Below are positions 1 through 20,119 of a stretch of 31,514 bases of DNA, piece by piece. The translations under genes were made by a program, and so were the position numbers. The notes beneath the pieces were generated by a model. That model did no database searches. It was not told the DNA's origin and saw only the letters and a list, made by a program, of their open reading frames with translations. This DNA comes from Lama guanicoe (Eukaryota): assembly GCA_013239625.1 (NCBI GenBank), contig MU054117.1, positions 4,764,677 to 4,796,190 on the forward strand. Reading direction: 5' to 3'. The stretch's first letter is position 1; every line of letters starts with the position of its first letter.

Positions 1-108
1 TGGTAAGCCAGCCCCACCTGCCCAGTATGTAAAGCTAGGGACAGACAGCAAAGTCACACGTTCCAGAATGGCTCTGTTGGAACAGCTGGCCAGAGAAAAA
101 CGGTCCTA

Positions 109-330
<222 letters not shown>

Positions 331-893
331 TCACCGTAAGTGGACCAAGCCCCCCTATTACTTCTCAGTCACCAGTGAGAGATGTGCTGGAGTATTCTTT
401 TGTCACTGAGCACCTGACCTGGCCTCCACCACACTCAAACTCCTATTCTTCATGTCCCAGTTCCAACTGTCCATGATTCTGTGCTTTTTAAAAGTCACCT
501 GACCCTCACTGTCCCTTCATCCCTACTGTCTTTATCTCCTCCACTTGTTGAACGGCTCTTCCTATTGATTCCTTTTCCCACTGTCTTTCCTCTCCACCTT
601 TGGAGCTGTCTCCCTCTTCCTTTATAACAGCCTTCTTTTCCTTATTTCACCCTCCATCCCCCCACACACAGTGTTTTAACTTTAGAAACAAAATGTTGGA
701 AAGGGTCTAGAATTTGACAGGATCTTAAATCACCTGAGTATCCCAGGTGAAATTATATTATCCTGCTTTGCTTCAGAGAAGCAAAGAACTTAAATATATT
801 AAAGGAGGCAAAGAAAGACTGTCCTTGATTGCCTCTGAAATGTTAGCTTCCCAGGGAGGAAGGCAAGGATCCCTAGCACATCCTAAGCTCCTA

Positions 894-1241
<348 letters not shown>

Positions 1242-1549
1242 TTACTTCTGGTGGGCCTCCCAGAACCTGTAAAGAACCTTCCGATGGCCCCACACCCAAC
1301 CAGTTCAGTGTTATGTTGCCTTTTTTTTTTAACCCTCCTTTGGAGGTTGGTGTTTTTAAGGCTCTTTACCCTTTACTGATTCACTCTTAACACAAAAATG
1401 ATAAAAACTCAAATTTAGAAAGTACAGAATATATAAGAGAATTAAGATCACAATTCCACCTCCTAAAGATACTGTTAACATTCTGAGGTCTTCTGTTGCA
1501 TTTGTATTTTACAAAAATTAAGATCATTCTATGTAAGTATTTACATTGT

Positions 1550-2160
1550 GTTTTCACTCTCAAAGTTATAGAGTATGAATTTTCCTTTATTATTAATTGC
1601 TGTTTATAAAAGATGACTTTTAATGGCTGCATGGCAGTCCATCCTGTGGATATACCTACTATATCATTTAGGTTGTTTTACTCCTTAAAATTATTCCTAT
1701 TGTTTCTTGTCTCCATATCTCACCCGCATTCCTTTCCTTCCTCGATAGGCAACCCTTCTAATACGCTGACTGTGTACTTTTTTGAGAGTATTCTTGAAGA
1801 CTGAGGATTGTTTCATCTGCACATTTCTGATTTACAGAATGATGTTTTTCTGTCTGTTATAGAATGCTTTTTCTTCCTTCTCCTACTATACATCTTTTTA
1901 AAGCTCCCCTTATGTTGTTATAGGACGTGTATCTTGTTACTTCTGTTGCTCACATCACCTGCTCTGTGATGTGAGTCCACACTTTACCTGCCCATACTCC
2001 CCATGTCGAACATCTACATTGCCTCCAGGCCCCACCACTAAAACTCATACTGCAGTGAACACTCTTACACATGTCACCGGCATGAAAGGTTCTTTGACAT
2101 ATGTTCCAAGAGACAGAATGCTGATTTGTAAGTTATGAGACTTACTCTGCTCAAGTATCC
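1550..2160 (-). mobile_element. Old, degraded L1M/L1ME-type LINE fragments
   Basis: Resembles antisense L1 3'-region motifs (tttaatggctgcat...tccat; tgcagtgaacactcttacacatgtc; ccaagagacagaatgctg); boundaries approximate. Confidence 0.55.
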
Positions 2161-2354
2161 ACTGGTTCTTAAAAAGAATGAATCCATTAGGGGTCATGGA
2201 AGAGGGCAGTATGAGAATAATGGACTATTGTTTCTTCCACAAGACCAGGCTCCATCAGGGCCCACTAACTTATCCCAGACAGACCGAGCATCTACTTTCA
2301 ACCGTACACCCTGTCTCCTCCCCATCTCCCTCCACCCTCCCGCCCCAAACCATG

Positions 2355-3745
2355 AGCTTTCTCCAGGATCAGTCCTTGGCTGTTCTTTTAAAGCATTCTC
2401 CCAAGAGATCTCTCCCTTCCTGGCACCAGCCAGCACCTCTATGCAAATGAGCTGGGCTTTTCAGACTGTGTCTCAGGCACTGACTGTTCCGATCCCACTC
2501 ATGCACGGCTGATCACTTTGAGCCCACTTGTTGATGGTGGCAGGGGTACTGAGAGGGTATTTACTTGTGAGAAACATCAAGTGACTTCTCTAAAATTGAA
2601 CTTACTCTTTTCTATAAACTGCTCCCTCTCTTCACTTCTCTGATCTGCCAATGATAATTTAACTTTCTCAGCAACTCACACTGAAGACTTCAGTTATTTT
2701 TGGTGTCTTACTTCTTTGTATCCCAAATCCAGTAAATTAAGACTAGGCTAACCACGGCCTGTGGGCCAAATCTGGGCCACTGCCTGTTTCTCGAGGGCCC
2801 AAGAACTAAGAATTTTTTTTTTTAAGTTTTAAATGGTTGGGGGAAAGTAAAAATAATAGTTTATGACACTTCATAAAAATTATATGAAGTTCAAGTGTTT
2901 GTGTCGATCAAGTTTATGGGAGCACGTTGGTGCTTACTTATCTCCGGTGGCTGCTGCACACCGTGGCAGAGTTGAGTGACAATGTTCCACGAAGCCTGAA
3001 ACAGTTCCTCTCTGGCCCCTTAACAAAGTGTGCTAATCCCTACAGTAAGTCGGTAAATCCTATAAATTCTTTGGTGTTTTGTTTCCTTTATCTTTTCCTT
3101 TTCATTTTCCCAGCATCACAACCCAGCCCTTGCTAACTCATGACCATGTGATGGTCCTGTCATCTCACTGAACTGAAATGTTCTGTTTCAGTTTCCTTTG
3201 GTCATATCAAAATTCTTCACAAACCCTCCATGGCTGCCCATGAACTATAGCGTAAGAGCCAAACTCTCTTATCTAGTGCCAAAACCCCACCTACTGACTT
3301 CTAGCCCTTAACTCTCTCTCCAGCCTACCTCCCACCATCACTAGCACAGTGTCTTCCACACCCCACCTAGACCACAGGCTGTTTCCAGACACCCAAAGCT
3401 CTGCAGACTGTTTTTGCTCAGCCTAATCCCTTGGGTCCAAACAGCCTTCCATTCCCATCCAGCAGTCTCTGTAACATTCATCACAGCTTCATTCCAGGGC
3501 CGCTGTCCCCAGGAAGCATCTCTGAACCCTCTCCCCACTGCCCACATTCCCTCTACAGAACTTCCTTATGGATTCAGAGCCTCCCTCCCAACACACACAG
3601 TGGCATTCACTTGACCACGTATCTGCCTCTATTTAAACCCAACGTTCCTGGAGAGCAGGCACCAGGCCTTATTTGTCTCTGTGTCCCTGTGCCACCCACT
3701 GCTTGGGCACATGATGTTGTGAGGTTCATTAGTGTACATTCCTTA
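2355..3745 (+). mobile_element. Degraded L2 LINE fragments, interrupted by a MER58-type element
   Basis: L2-like motifs (caggatcagtccttggc; cacctctatgcaaatga; aaaccctccatggctgccca...agagccaaactc; cttgggcacat); boundaries approximate. Confidence 0.55.
2738..3042 (+). mobile_element. MER58B-like hAT-Charlie DNA transposon (non-autonomous)
   Basis: Ends resemble MER58 (ggcctgtgggccaaatctgggccactgcctg ... tctggccccttaacaaagtgtgctaatccct); flanked by 8-bp near-duplicate CAGTAAAT (2730-2737) / CAGTAAGT (3043-3050). Confidence 0.8.
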
Positions 3746-4237
3746 TCTTCCTATTATGCTCAGCGTACGATCCATGTGTCTCGTCTTCATGGTTTCCCAT
3801 TTTGATGGTTTGCACACAAGGTACCCTCGACATCCATTTGCTGAGTTTCTGAGTAAGACCCCATCAGCCCTAGGGTTATTAGTCCCAGTGATTCTGAAAA
3901 TGAATCTACCCCCGCCCATATCCACACACTCTCAGACTCAGAAAAAAGGTCCAGCAGCCCCCTAACAGCCCTGCATCCTCAGAGATCCAATTCAACCCCA
4001 CCTCTGCATCTTTCCTGAACACTAGTGTTCCCCTGGCACACCCACTGCACTGCTCTGTGTCACTCATTAGGCATAGTCTTCAGCCCTTGAAAAGCTGGTT
4101 CATTTTCAAGTCTGTCTTCATCTCTAGTATTTAAGATACTTGGGAGCAAAGCCTTTCACAGAATACAAAAAGTACAGAGGAGAACACAGCACTATGGCTG
4201 GATGAACAGACTCCCTCTCGCACTCTAAAGGCCATCA

Positions 4238-4728
<491 letters not shown>

Positions 4729-4835
4729 CTAAGCCATTTATTCCTGATCCCCAGATACCAGCTTAGTAGTACACCTCTGGCTTCCTAACACAGACCCCAG
4801 AGCAGCAAGTGGTCATCCTGTCATTCCCTCATCTA

Positions 4836-5093
<258 letters not shown>

Positions 5094-5336
5094 CTAGAGG
5101 GAGGCCCAGCACCTTCCCCACAGCACCTTATGTATCCACCTGCTTCCGCCCTCTCTCCACCTAAGTGCTTCTCAAACCCAGAAAAAGGCGCCAGCGGCCC
5201 ACTGACAACCAAATGTGGGGAGAGATGGAGTCTTTCAGCTTGGGATATATGGTTACATGGGTGTGGATGGGAAGGCTGGGGGGTGGAGGGGTGTCCTGGA
5301 GATAAAGTCCTTCCTTTCAGTTTTAGAGTCCTTTTA

Positions 5337-5489
<153 letters not shown>

Positions 5490-5671
5490 CTACGGTATAT
5501 GCAGCTGGAACAGTCCAAAACCTAAATCTCGATGATTAAAGTCATAAAAGATGTCTTGAGAGAGAAAAAGCCCACAATTTAAAATCCAGGTTGCATGCAG
5601 GATTCTTGAGAGTGTGTCGCTTCCTCCAGCCTTCTCTCCCGCCTGGCTGAAGTCCCAGAGCCACTAGTTCA

Positions 5672-6081
<410 letters not shown>

Positions 6082-6111
6082 TCAGAGAGAAGGTCATGCC
6101 TTCTCATCTTA

Positions 6112-6768
<657 letters not shown>

Positions 6769-7023
6769 TCAGGCATCAGCCCAGATGACAAACATGGCTC
6801 TGTCTGCGCTAAGCCCACTGTCGCACAGAAAGCTGGTCTCCCCATCCCACACTCTGCCCCAGGTCCCCTTCCAGGGAAGCTAGGGACACAAACAACCCTA
6901 ACACTTCACTGCCAACTTGAGCAGAGGAAACAGCCAGTTTCCCTGCACAGCCTGGACTAACACAGTGGAATGACCAAGATCACAAGCCCTCACTCTCCAT
7001 CAGTCATTCCAGCTCTCAACTTA

Positions 7024-7812
<789 letters not shown>

Positions 7813-8420
7813 TCAGGGGTGCTGAAGTCAGCACCACCAGCTACCCCTGGTCCTCACAGTTCCCATCCTGCTAGCTCCTTTCCATGACTGGACCCTGAAA
7901 TACTTGGTGTGCCTGCCTGGTCCTGAGAACTTGAATTTAATTGACAAGATGTGGTTCCTCTTAATTATATAAAGATTAGCATTCAGCATAACTAAAGAAA
8001 AATATGGGACCAAGCTGTTACCACAAGAGAAGGATGAAGAGACATACGCTCTTTTAGCCCTTGTTACTGACACATACACAGCCAGGAGACAGTGCCATGT
8101 AGGAGACTCAGAGCCTCAGCAAGCAGAATGGAGAAGCTTCTGAAACTCTGCAAAAGATTTTCCCCAGAGATAAAGTAGAAAGGTCAACACCCTTTCTGTT
8201 CTTCATAAACTTCATAAAAGTTTACCAACTTTGTGGGAAAAAATGACATATGCATCCTCTTATATCCCAATGTTTACGCTCCTTTGAAAGTCTTACATTA
8301 TTTTCAGCTACTTCAGGACCCCTAAGTCCAAATCCCTTGCATTAGATTTAAGCTGCTGCTAACAGCGTAATACTAGAAACAACCTAAATATCCATCGGTG
8401 TGGAACCTGAATAATTATGG

Positions 8421-8731
8421 GAGGGGGAGGAGGCGAAATGGGTGAAGAGAGTCAAAAGGAATAAACTTCCAGTTATAAGATAAATAAGTCATGGTGATAT
8501 TATGTGCAGTGGTAATACCACCACCCTGCATATCTGGAAGTTGCCAGAAGAGCAGCTCATAAAGTTCTCATCGTAAGAAAGTAAGTGTGTAACTATGTAT
8601 GGCGACAGATACTGATTAAACTTGGTGGGATGACTTGTGTCTCAAAGTACATACAAATACCAAATCATTATGTCGCACACCTGACACTAATGTAATGGTA
8701 TATGTCAATTATATCTCAATTTTCTTAAAGA
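8421..8731 (+). mobile_element. L1MA9-like LINE 3' end
   Basis: gggtgaagagagtcaaaagg...aaacttccagttataagataaataagtcatgg...tatgtcaattatatctcaat; TSD AATTATGG at 8413-8420 and 8732-8739. Confidence 0.8.
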
Positions 8732-8851
8732 AATTATGGTACTTCCAAACAAGGATATAATATGCAGCAAAAAAAGTGAGGGGGAGGGTAGGTGGGAGGA
8801 GAAGCTCTTTATGTATTGACCTGGATGAAATCTTTCAAGATTTATTAGGTG

Positions 8852-9285
8852 TAAAGAAAGACTAACAACTATATGCCATTCTGGAAAAGAAAACTATGGA
8901 GGTAATAAAAAGATCACTGGTTGCCAGGAGTTTGGGGGGAGGGGAGATGAATACACAGAGAAGGAAGTTTTTTAGGGCAGTGAAAATACTTCATGTAACA
9001 TTATAACGATGAACATGTCATTAAACTTTTGTCCAAACGTGTAGAATGTGCAAAACTATTCACTTCATTAGTATAAACCCTAAGGTGAACTATGGACTTT
9101 GGTGATTATGTTGTGTCAATGTAGTTCATCCTTGGTTAAAAAAAAGTACCACACTGGTGACTGTTGTTGATAATGGCTGTGCGTGTCTGTGGAGAGAGAA
9201 CAGACACGACATTCCTCTCCCTTTCTGTCAGTTTTGTTGTAAACCTAAAACTGCTCAAAAAAAGTCTTAAAATTGAATAAAAAAG
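8852..9285 (+). mobile_element. L1MC1-like LINE 3' end
   Basis: actatatgccattctggaaaagaaaactatggag...ggttgccaggag...aaaccctaaggtgaactatggactttgg...aaacctaaaactgctc, A-rich tail; candidate TSD ATTAGGTG at 8844-8851 and 9286-9293. Confidence 0.75.
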
Positions 9286-9342
9286 ATTAGGTGGATGTGA
9301 GGAAGGTAAGAGAACATTATGTGTAAGAAACTACTTTCCTTG

Positions 9343-9725
9343 GAGTTCTAGATTTGCAGATACTAACTAATATACATAAAATAGATAAACAAGTTTATAC
9401 TGTACAGCACAGGGAATGATACTCAGTATCTTGTAGTAACTTATGATGAAAAAAGAATATGAAAATGAATATATGTATGTTTGTATGCTGTACACAAAAC
9501 TGACACACTGTAAATTGACTGTACTTCAATAAAAATATATACATAAAAAAAGAAGGGGTGACAGAGTGAGACGCACAGACTATTGGGTGTAAGACAGACT
9601 CAAGGATGTCTTGTACAACATGGGGAATGTGGCCAATGTTCTGTAATAACTATAAATGGAAAGTAATCTTTAGAAATTATATCAATTTTTTTAATTTTAT
9701 AATTTTAATTTTAAAAAAGAAAATA
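9343..9725 (+). mobile_element. Composite of two cetartiodactyl-type L1 3' ends (~9343-9552 and ~9553-9725)
   Basis: Two distinct L1 3'-UTR-like sequences, each ending in an A-rich tail; perfect 15-bp TSD AAACTACTTTCCTTG at 9328-9342 and 9726-9740. Confidence 0.8.
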
Positions 9726-9923
9726 AAACTACTTTCCTTGAAAGAAAAATGGTATTTGTGTGTATACATCTATGTGTATACCCATGTATATGTAATTCAT
9801 ATGCACATTAAATAATTTTAGAAAGACATACAAGAGACTGAATGAAAATGTAACAGGCCCAGGAAGGGAGCCAGGCAGCCAGAGGACTGGGGTGTATGTT
9901 TCACATTGTGAACCGGTGAATTA

Positions 9924-10106
9924 CAGCTGGCCTTTGAACAACACAGGTTTGGACTGTGCGGGTCCACCTGTATGCATGTGGATATTTTTCAGCAGTAAAT
10001 GCTACATGGTCTATGGTTGAATCTGCAGATACAGAGGAACCACAGGTATGGAGGGCCAACTACAAGTTATGTGAGGATTAAACCCTGCATTGTTCAAGGT
10101 CCACTG
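9924..10106. mobile_element. MER8/Tigger2-family TcMar MITE
   Basis: Imperfect terminal inverted repeats CAGCTGGCCTTTGAACAA / TTGTTCAAGGTCCACTG, flanked by TA on both sides. Confidence 0.85.
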
Positions 10107-10672
10107 TACTATCTATTCAAAAAATAATATTTAAAAATACTATAAACAGCAGCTGCCATCTGTATACCTGTGCAGTCACTGGCAGAGGTCACCAACGGGA
10201 GGGAGCGCACCACTGCTCCCTTCCAACGGCTCAGCACACGCCGCCCCAGCCAGTCACTCCCGCAGGCAGTCACCGCCCCTACGGGAACCCGGAGCCCCTG
10301 AAGGAGGGCAGTTCTGACTGGTTACTACTGGTCTACAGACCTGCCAGACTCCACGCCAGTTACACACAAATGACGTGTGCAGCATCACTTTTAAAAACAA
10401 AGACAACGCCTATGCATCAGCAGGACGCGGCAAAAGGGAAAGTTCTGAATTAGAAGGATGAGAAAAGATGGCAAAGGCCACCAGAAACCGATGCCAATCC
10501 CAGGTACCCTGACCGGGGTGGTTTAAAGGAGACTAGAAGAGAAAGCAGTTTTTTTCCCCCATTTTACACCCTATGATATCGTTTGGGGGGAAAAGTCATT
10601 ATAGAAGCCATACATTTATCGCTGAGTACCTTTTGTTTTCTACTGAAAAAAACAAAAAAGAAAAAAAGGCAG

Positions 10673-10725
10673 AAACTAACATTGTAAATCAACTATATTT
10701 AACTAAAGATAAGTAAATAAATAAA
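10673..10725 (+). mobile_element. Very short L1 3' tail
   Basis: aactaacattgtaaatcaactatat followed by an A-rich (TAAA)n tail. Confidence 0.55.
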
Positions 10726-11113
10726 GCACTTCTTGGACTCGTAAATAAGAAGTAAAAGTGAAAATAATTCTAATGTTTTAAAAAGCACAGGGAGACAGGC
10801 CAAGGATGTATCCTATGTCCTACCTTTTCTCCGGAGGAACCTGCGATAGCAATCAAAAGTTTATTTGTTAATAAAACACATAAGAGAAAATAAAAGGAGA
10901 TTCTGATTTAAAAAGCTAACATGAATGTTCTGAGTGTGAAACGTGGCCATGAGTTTCCGGACAGTCATGTCTAAGATGGGAATGTGATTTGCTCATATGT
11001 TACTATTATTTCTTTTCAAAGGAGGAGGTTTATCAATTCGTCAACGTACTAATTTGCCTACAGAAGTTTCCCTCTTGTCTCCAACACCATCCTGATCTCA
11101 ATTCCAATTTCTA

Positions 11114-11335
<222 letters not shown>

Positions 11336-11444
11336 TCAGGGGTCCATACCCCCCCAGTTAGCTTCAGCAGCTGCAGTGGAAAAAGCAAGTCCCACAGGAC
11401 CCTAGGCCCGAATCTCAGGACCTAGGTATCAAAGATACCCTCTA

Positions 11445-11819
<375 letters not shown>

Positions 11820-12019
11820 TCATATAAAACTTCCCTTTGCACCCCTACCCCCAGACACCACAATCTATTATGTTACCCAAAATGGGACCACAGCTAACCC
11901 AAATTCCCTAGCTTACAACAAGGCAGAAGACATTTAAAAGGACTCTATTGTCTCCCCCTGAAACAACGAATTCCAGATGGTGGGGCCCTCACAGAACACT
12001 GTGGGTTCCCCACAAGTCA

Positions 12020-12196
<177 letters not shown>

Positions 12197-12214
12197 TCAG
12201 AGGCGTCTCCTGAA

Positions 12215-12912
12215 CTTCAGTTAACAAATGTAGAAGGAGTGTCAGAAACAAAAAGCTTCAACAGATGAACACCAGAGTAATCACCGCAAGCAAGGACCAC
12301 CGATGGACACTGAAGTCAGTGTGAAAGTTTAAGGAGAAACAGAATGTTACCATAGTCTCATTTAACTCCCCCAAGATATTTATCAATTGCAATGAAAAAA
12401 AGAGAGTAACTGCGCAGTGGAGAAATTCAGCTGATACCACCTTAACTAGCTGATCAAGGCTACCACCACCAATGGGTCATTATCAACATCACGTCCTCCC
12501 ACAATGTGACGCACTGGGAAGGACACAGCATCACTTCTGAAGCATTCTTGACCAAAATGTCTACTGTCAATCTAACGAGAAAACATCAGAAAAAGCTAAA
12601 CTTAAGAGACAGTCTACAAAACAGGTGACCAGTAACCAACAAAGGTTATCACGCCATCAAGAGAAAGGGAGGAATGAAGGCAGAACAACTGAATGTGACG
12701 AGGGGTCTGGGACTGGGTCCCGACCCAGGAAAAGTTCTGACATTCAATTCAAGTCTGTGCTTGAATTAACAGTACAACACCAGTGTTCATTTCCTGGTTT
12801 TGCTCACTGCACTGTGGTTATATAGTCATTATTAAGAGAAGCTGGGCAAAGGCTATATATGAACTCTGCGCTATGTTTTGAACTTTAAGTTCAAAATTAT
12901 TTCAAATTATAA
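12215..12912 (+). mobile_element. L1ME1-like LINE 3' region
   Basis: cagtggagaaa...ccaccttaac...tgatcaag; gaaggacacagcatcacttctg; gagaagctgggcaaaggctatatatgaactctg; boundaries approximate. Confidence 0.75.
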
Positions 12913-12917
12913 CAAAA

Positions 12918-13640
12918 AACATGGAAAATAGTATGGAGATTCCTTAAAAAACTGAAAATAGTTACCATATGATCCAGCAATCCCACTACTGGGCATATAT
13001 CCAAAGAAAATTCTAATTCGAAAAGATATGCACCTCCATGTTCACAACACTATAATAGCCAAGACATGGAACCAACCTAAATGTTCATCAACAGATGACT
13101 GGACAGAGAAGATGTGGTGTGTATACACACGCGCGCGTGCGCACACATGCGTGCGCATACAATGGATTATTACTCAGCCACAAAAAATAATGAAATAATG
13201 CCATTTGCAGCAACATGGATGGACTTAGAGATTCTCATACTAAGTGAATTAATAAAGAGAAAGACAAATATCATATGATATCACTTATATGTGGAATCTT
13301 AAAAAAAGGATACAAACGAACTCATTTACAAAACAAAAAGACTCACAGACGTAGAAAACTAATGGTTACCACGGGGAAAGGGGCTGGAAGGGATAAATTA
13401 AAGGAGTTTGGATACAAACTACTATAGACAAAACAGATAAACAATAAGATCCAATTGCACAGCACAGAGAACTACATTCAGTATCTTGTAATAATAACCT
13501 ACCATGAAAAAGAATGCGTGTGTGTGTGTGTGTGTATAACTGAATCACTATACAATACACCAGGAACTAGCACAACATTGTAAATCAAGTATATTTCCAT
13601 AAAAAAAAGTAAAAGTAAAAATAAAAATAAAAAAAAAAGA
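12918..13640 (+). mobile_element. 5'-truncated cetartiodactyl-type L1 (ORF2 C-terminus remnant, 3' UTR, poly-A)
   Basis: atggaaaatagtatggagattccttaaaaaactgaaaata...ccatatgatccagcaatcccactactgggcatatatcc (YDPAIPLLGIYP); gccatttgcagcaacatggatggac; A-rich tail at ~13600-13640. Confidence 0.92.
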
Positions 13641-13767
13641 AGAGGAGGTGGTGGCGGCTACTGAGACAAGGCTGCCACTAACTTGCTATATGGGCTTGAC
13701 GAGTCCTGGTCCCTCCTAAGGCCTCAAGATGCAATGAGGAGGGTTAAATAAAATGCCCTTCTTTCTA

Positions 13768-14109
<342 letters not shown>

Positions 14110-14151
14110 TTAATTACGGGCAAGTCAGATGAAAATCCCCTCCCTAGGTCA

Positions 14152-14594
<443 letters not shown>

Positions 14595-14906
14595 TCACGC
14601 TAAGAGCCTTCACATGACTCATGATGCAGGCGCAAGGTCTGACATCTTCCTTCCAACATATCTCACTTTGGGACCTAGGAAACCTAATAAGCACACCATC
14701 ACCATCATTTTAAATCAGCTAAGGAACAAAGAAATGAGAACTCTGGGCCCCAGCTCCCTGGCAACAGGTTTCTTTAGGCCTTGCTTGCTCCGGTCACCAG
14801 ATGCCTTGAAGCGGAGTAGGAGGAGGACCAAGGACCACTGTGCAGACTGGCAGACATCTAACCAGATTTACAAAATGGAGTCAATGCTTCTGTCCCTTCA
14901 GACTCA

Positions 14907-15083
<177 letters not shown>

Positions 15084-15188
15084 TCAGAAAGGGGAGAAAG
15101 TTGTTGGAGAGAAGCAAAGGGAGGAAGTGAGACAGGGCAAAAGGCAGAATCAGAAGAATTATGAGCCAATTATGGTTGAACACACTTA

Positions 15189-15338
<150 letters not shown>

Positions 15339-15529
15339 TCAGTGAGAAGAGGGCTCCAGTACATCTCTGCAAGTTCGGAACTGTTTCATCGCCCAGCAGG
15401 TAAGCCCCCCCCCACCCCCACCCCTCCGTTAAGGCCTGACCTCAGGGGTGATCACAAGGAGAAGAAAGGCAGAGACCCTTCTTCCCCTCCTCTCAGCCTG
15501 AGTCTCCCGTTACTGAGTAGGTGGTCCTA

Positions 15530-15721
<192 letters not shown>

Positions 15722-15878
15722 TCACAAGTGTCCGACTCCGCCAGTATAAGCGAAGTCAAGGGACGTGGGGGTCTCCCCCCTCCGCTGTTATCCTTTCGCC
15801 TCACCCCAGGGGCCAGGGCACGAGGAGGAAGACTAAACCCACAGCTACACCTCCCTCTCGAGGGTTGCCTTCCCCTCA

Positions 15879-16307
<429 letters not shown>

Positions 16308-16404
16308 TCATCTCAACACACTTCCGCTCCCTGGGACTGAGGCTGCCATTGCCCAGGGCCCTGCTGCACCCCCGTGTCTATCTGTCACCCAACCATCTTC
16401 TTCA

Positions 16405-16725
<321 letters not shown>

Positions 16726-17290
16726 TCAAGAGCTGGCAAGGAATTCCCGTCCTTCCATAAGACACCAGCTGCCTCCTCCTCACATATCCTCACTGGATCT
16801 GCCTTGAGGGAGCCACAAAAAATTGTGGGGAAAAAGATGCTCAACGATTCCTGTAACTTTGTGTCTGATTTAGGGTCCTCCAGGAAGCAAAACAAGACGG
16901 AGATCTCAGCCCTACGCTGATCTGAGGTCCTATAGAAATCGTAGTCTCCTTGGCAGTACAGTAACTCTACTAGTCAGGATCCGCCAGGTGAACGATCATA
17001 TGCTTCCCCTAAATTCATCTTTTTAACCTTAACCAAACTCGCGTTCTACTACACAAAACCTGGAGGAACTGAGCCACAAATTAAGAGTCAGAAAACCCAG
17101 GTTCCAAAATTAAGTTTCATAAAAGCATGGCTGTGTGACCCCTCCAGAAATAATGCTGAAAACACCAATTCCTATGTTTTTAGTTTCCTGATGATGAAGA
17201 GAAAGTAAAGAATCCCAGTATTTTCTCCGGTTTACAGATACGTGGAGAGCAGGGAAGGAGAGTCCATGAAGCACCACAGCTACAGAATCA

Positions 17291-17539
<249 letters not shown>

Positions 17540-17542
17540 TCA

Positions 17543-17683
<141 letters not shown>

Positions 17684-17957
17684 TCAAGGAGAAAACCCTC
17701 AGAGCCAGAAGGCCACCCGCCTCACCTCCTAAGTTAGCCCTGCCCACAGTGGATGTTCTAAACCAGACCTCTAGGAAGGCTAGGGTGATGGTCGGGTGAT
17801 ACCACATGTGTTCAGAACCAGATATGTCTGGTCTACCAGTCTGCACCAAAAATAATATCTAATCTATAGTCTGTGGCCCAAACACCAGGATTCGGTCAAT
17901 TAATAATACACTGAGTGTCTTGTCAAGTGTAAATTCCTAGTGACATCCATTTTCTTA

Positions 17958-18648
<691 letters not shown>

Positions 18649-19187
18649 TCATTTCAGGTCAGATCTAATCCCAGGACCCTTCTAGGGAGAGAGTAAGAGA
18701 ATTCCCTCTCCGTCTCTGGGCTTCAGCCAGGATTCACATGCTGTTTTCACTCCTGTCGGCTTAGCAGAGTCAGCAGCTAGACTCCACGACAACCTGCAAC
18801 AAGCAAGCATGGAAAACCCACCGACCTGGAGCCCAGAATGCCTCTCCTGAGCAATCCAAAAGCAGTAGGTGGCCCTATAAAACTAACCCAAGCTACCAAG
18901 GCGCAGGGGCTGGGTGTGAGGCCAGAGGAAGATGTCCTGGAAGGAAGAACATGGCTGCATCCTCCTCAGGAGAGCTGGCAAAGCATCAACGCCTCTGCTC
19001 CAGGTCAGTCCTATGTTTTCCCAGGAAAGGGATCCCAGGACTCTATGAGGAAGGAAAACACCTGTCCCAAGGCTCAAGGGTCTACAATTCTGCAATGACC
19101 TGCACCTCAGCCTTGTGAAACCTACATAGAAGAGGGGTACACCCTTCTAGACCACCCCACCCACACCTCCCGCCGTGGCAGGGCTCA

Positions 19188-19442
<255 letters not shown>

Positions 19443-19583
19443 TCAAGGACCACAGGGTCAGATTATTACCACCCCCCACCCCCAAGTCTGAACCATGCCC
19501 ACCACTCCTCCAAAGGCTTCCAAGAGCCCACAGCCAGCACCACCACCACTTCTACCCTCTCCAGGCCTCAAGGAGTTGGATCA

Positions 19584-19853
<270 letters not shown>

Positions 19854-19873
19854 CTACCTCCCCCCACCCCCTA

Positions 19874-20119
<246 letters not shown>

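Larger units (their letters stand above)
8345..10145 (+). mobile_element. Old L1M (L1MC/ME-type) 3' fragment acting as host for four younger insertions
   Basis: Pieces rejoin across the insertions into L1-like text (ctagaaacaacctaaatatccatc...ataattatgg|tacttcca...tatgcagc; tgtgaaccggtgaatta|ctatctattcaaaaaataa). Confidence 0.6.

Noticed and set aside
10197..10224. 10-bp hairpin GGGAGGGAGC...GCTCCCTTCC in a CpG-richer patch of intron 25
   Set aside because: Too short for a pre-miRNA, no RNA-family boxes, and compatible with chance.
17075..17150. Possible MIR fragment in intron 14
   Set aside because: Similarity too short and degenerate to support without a profile search.
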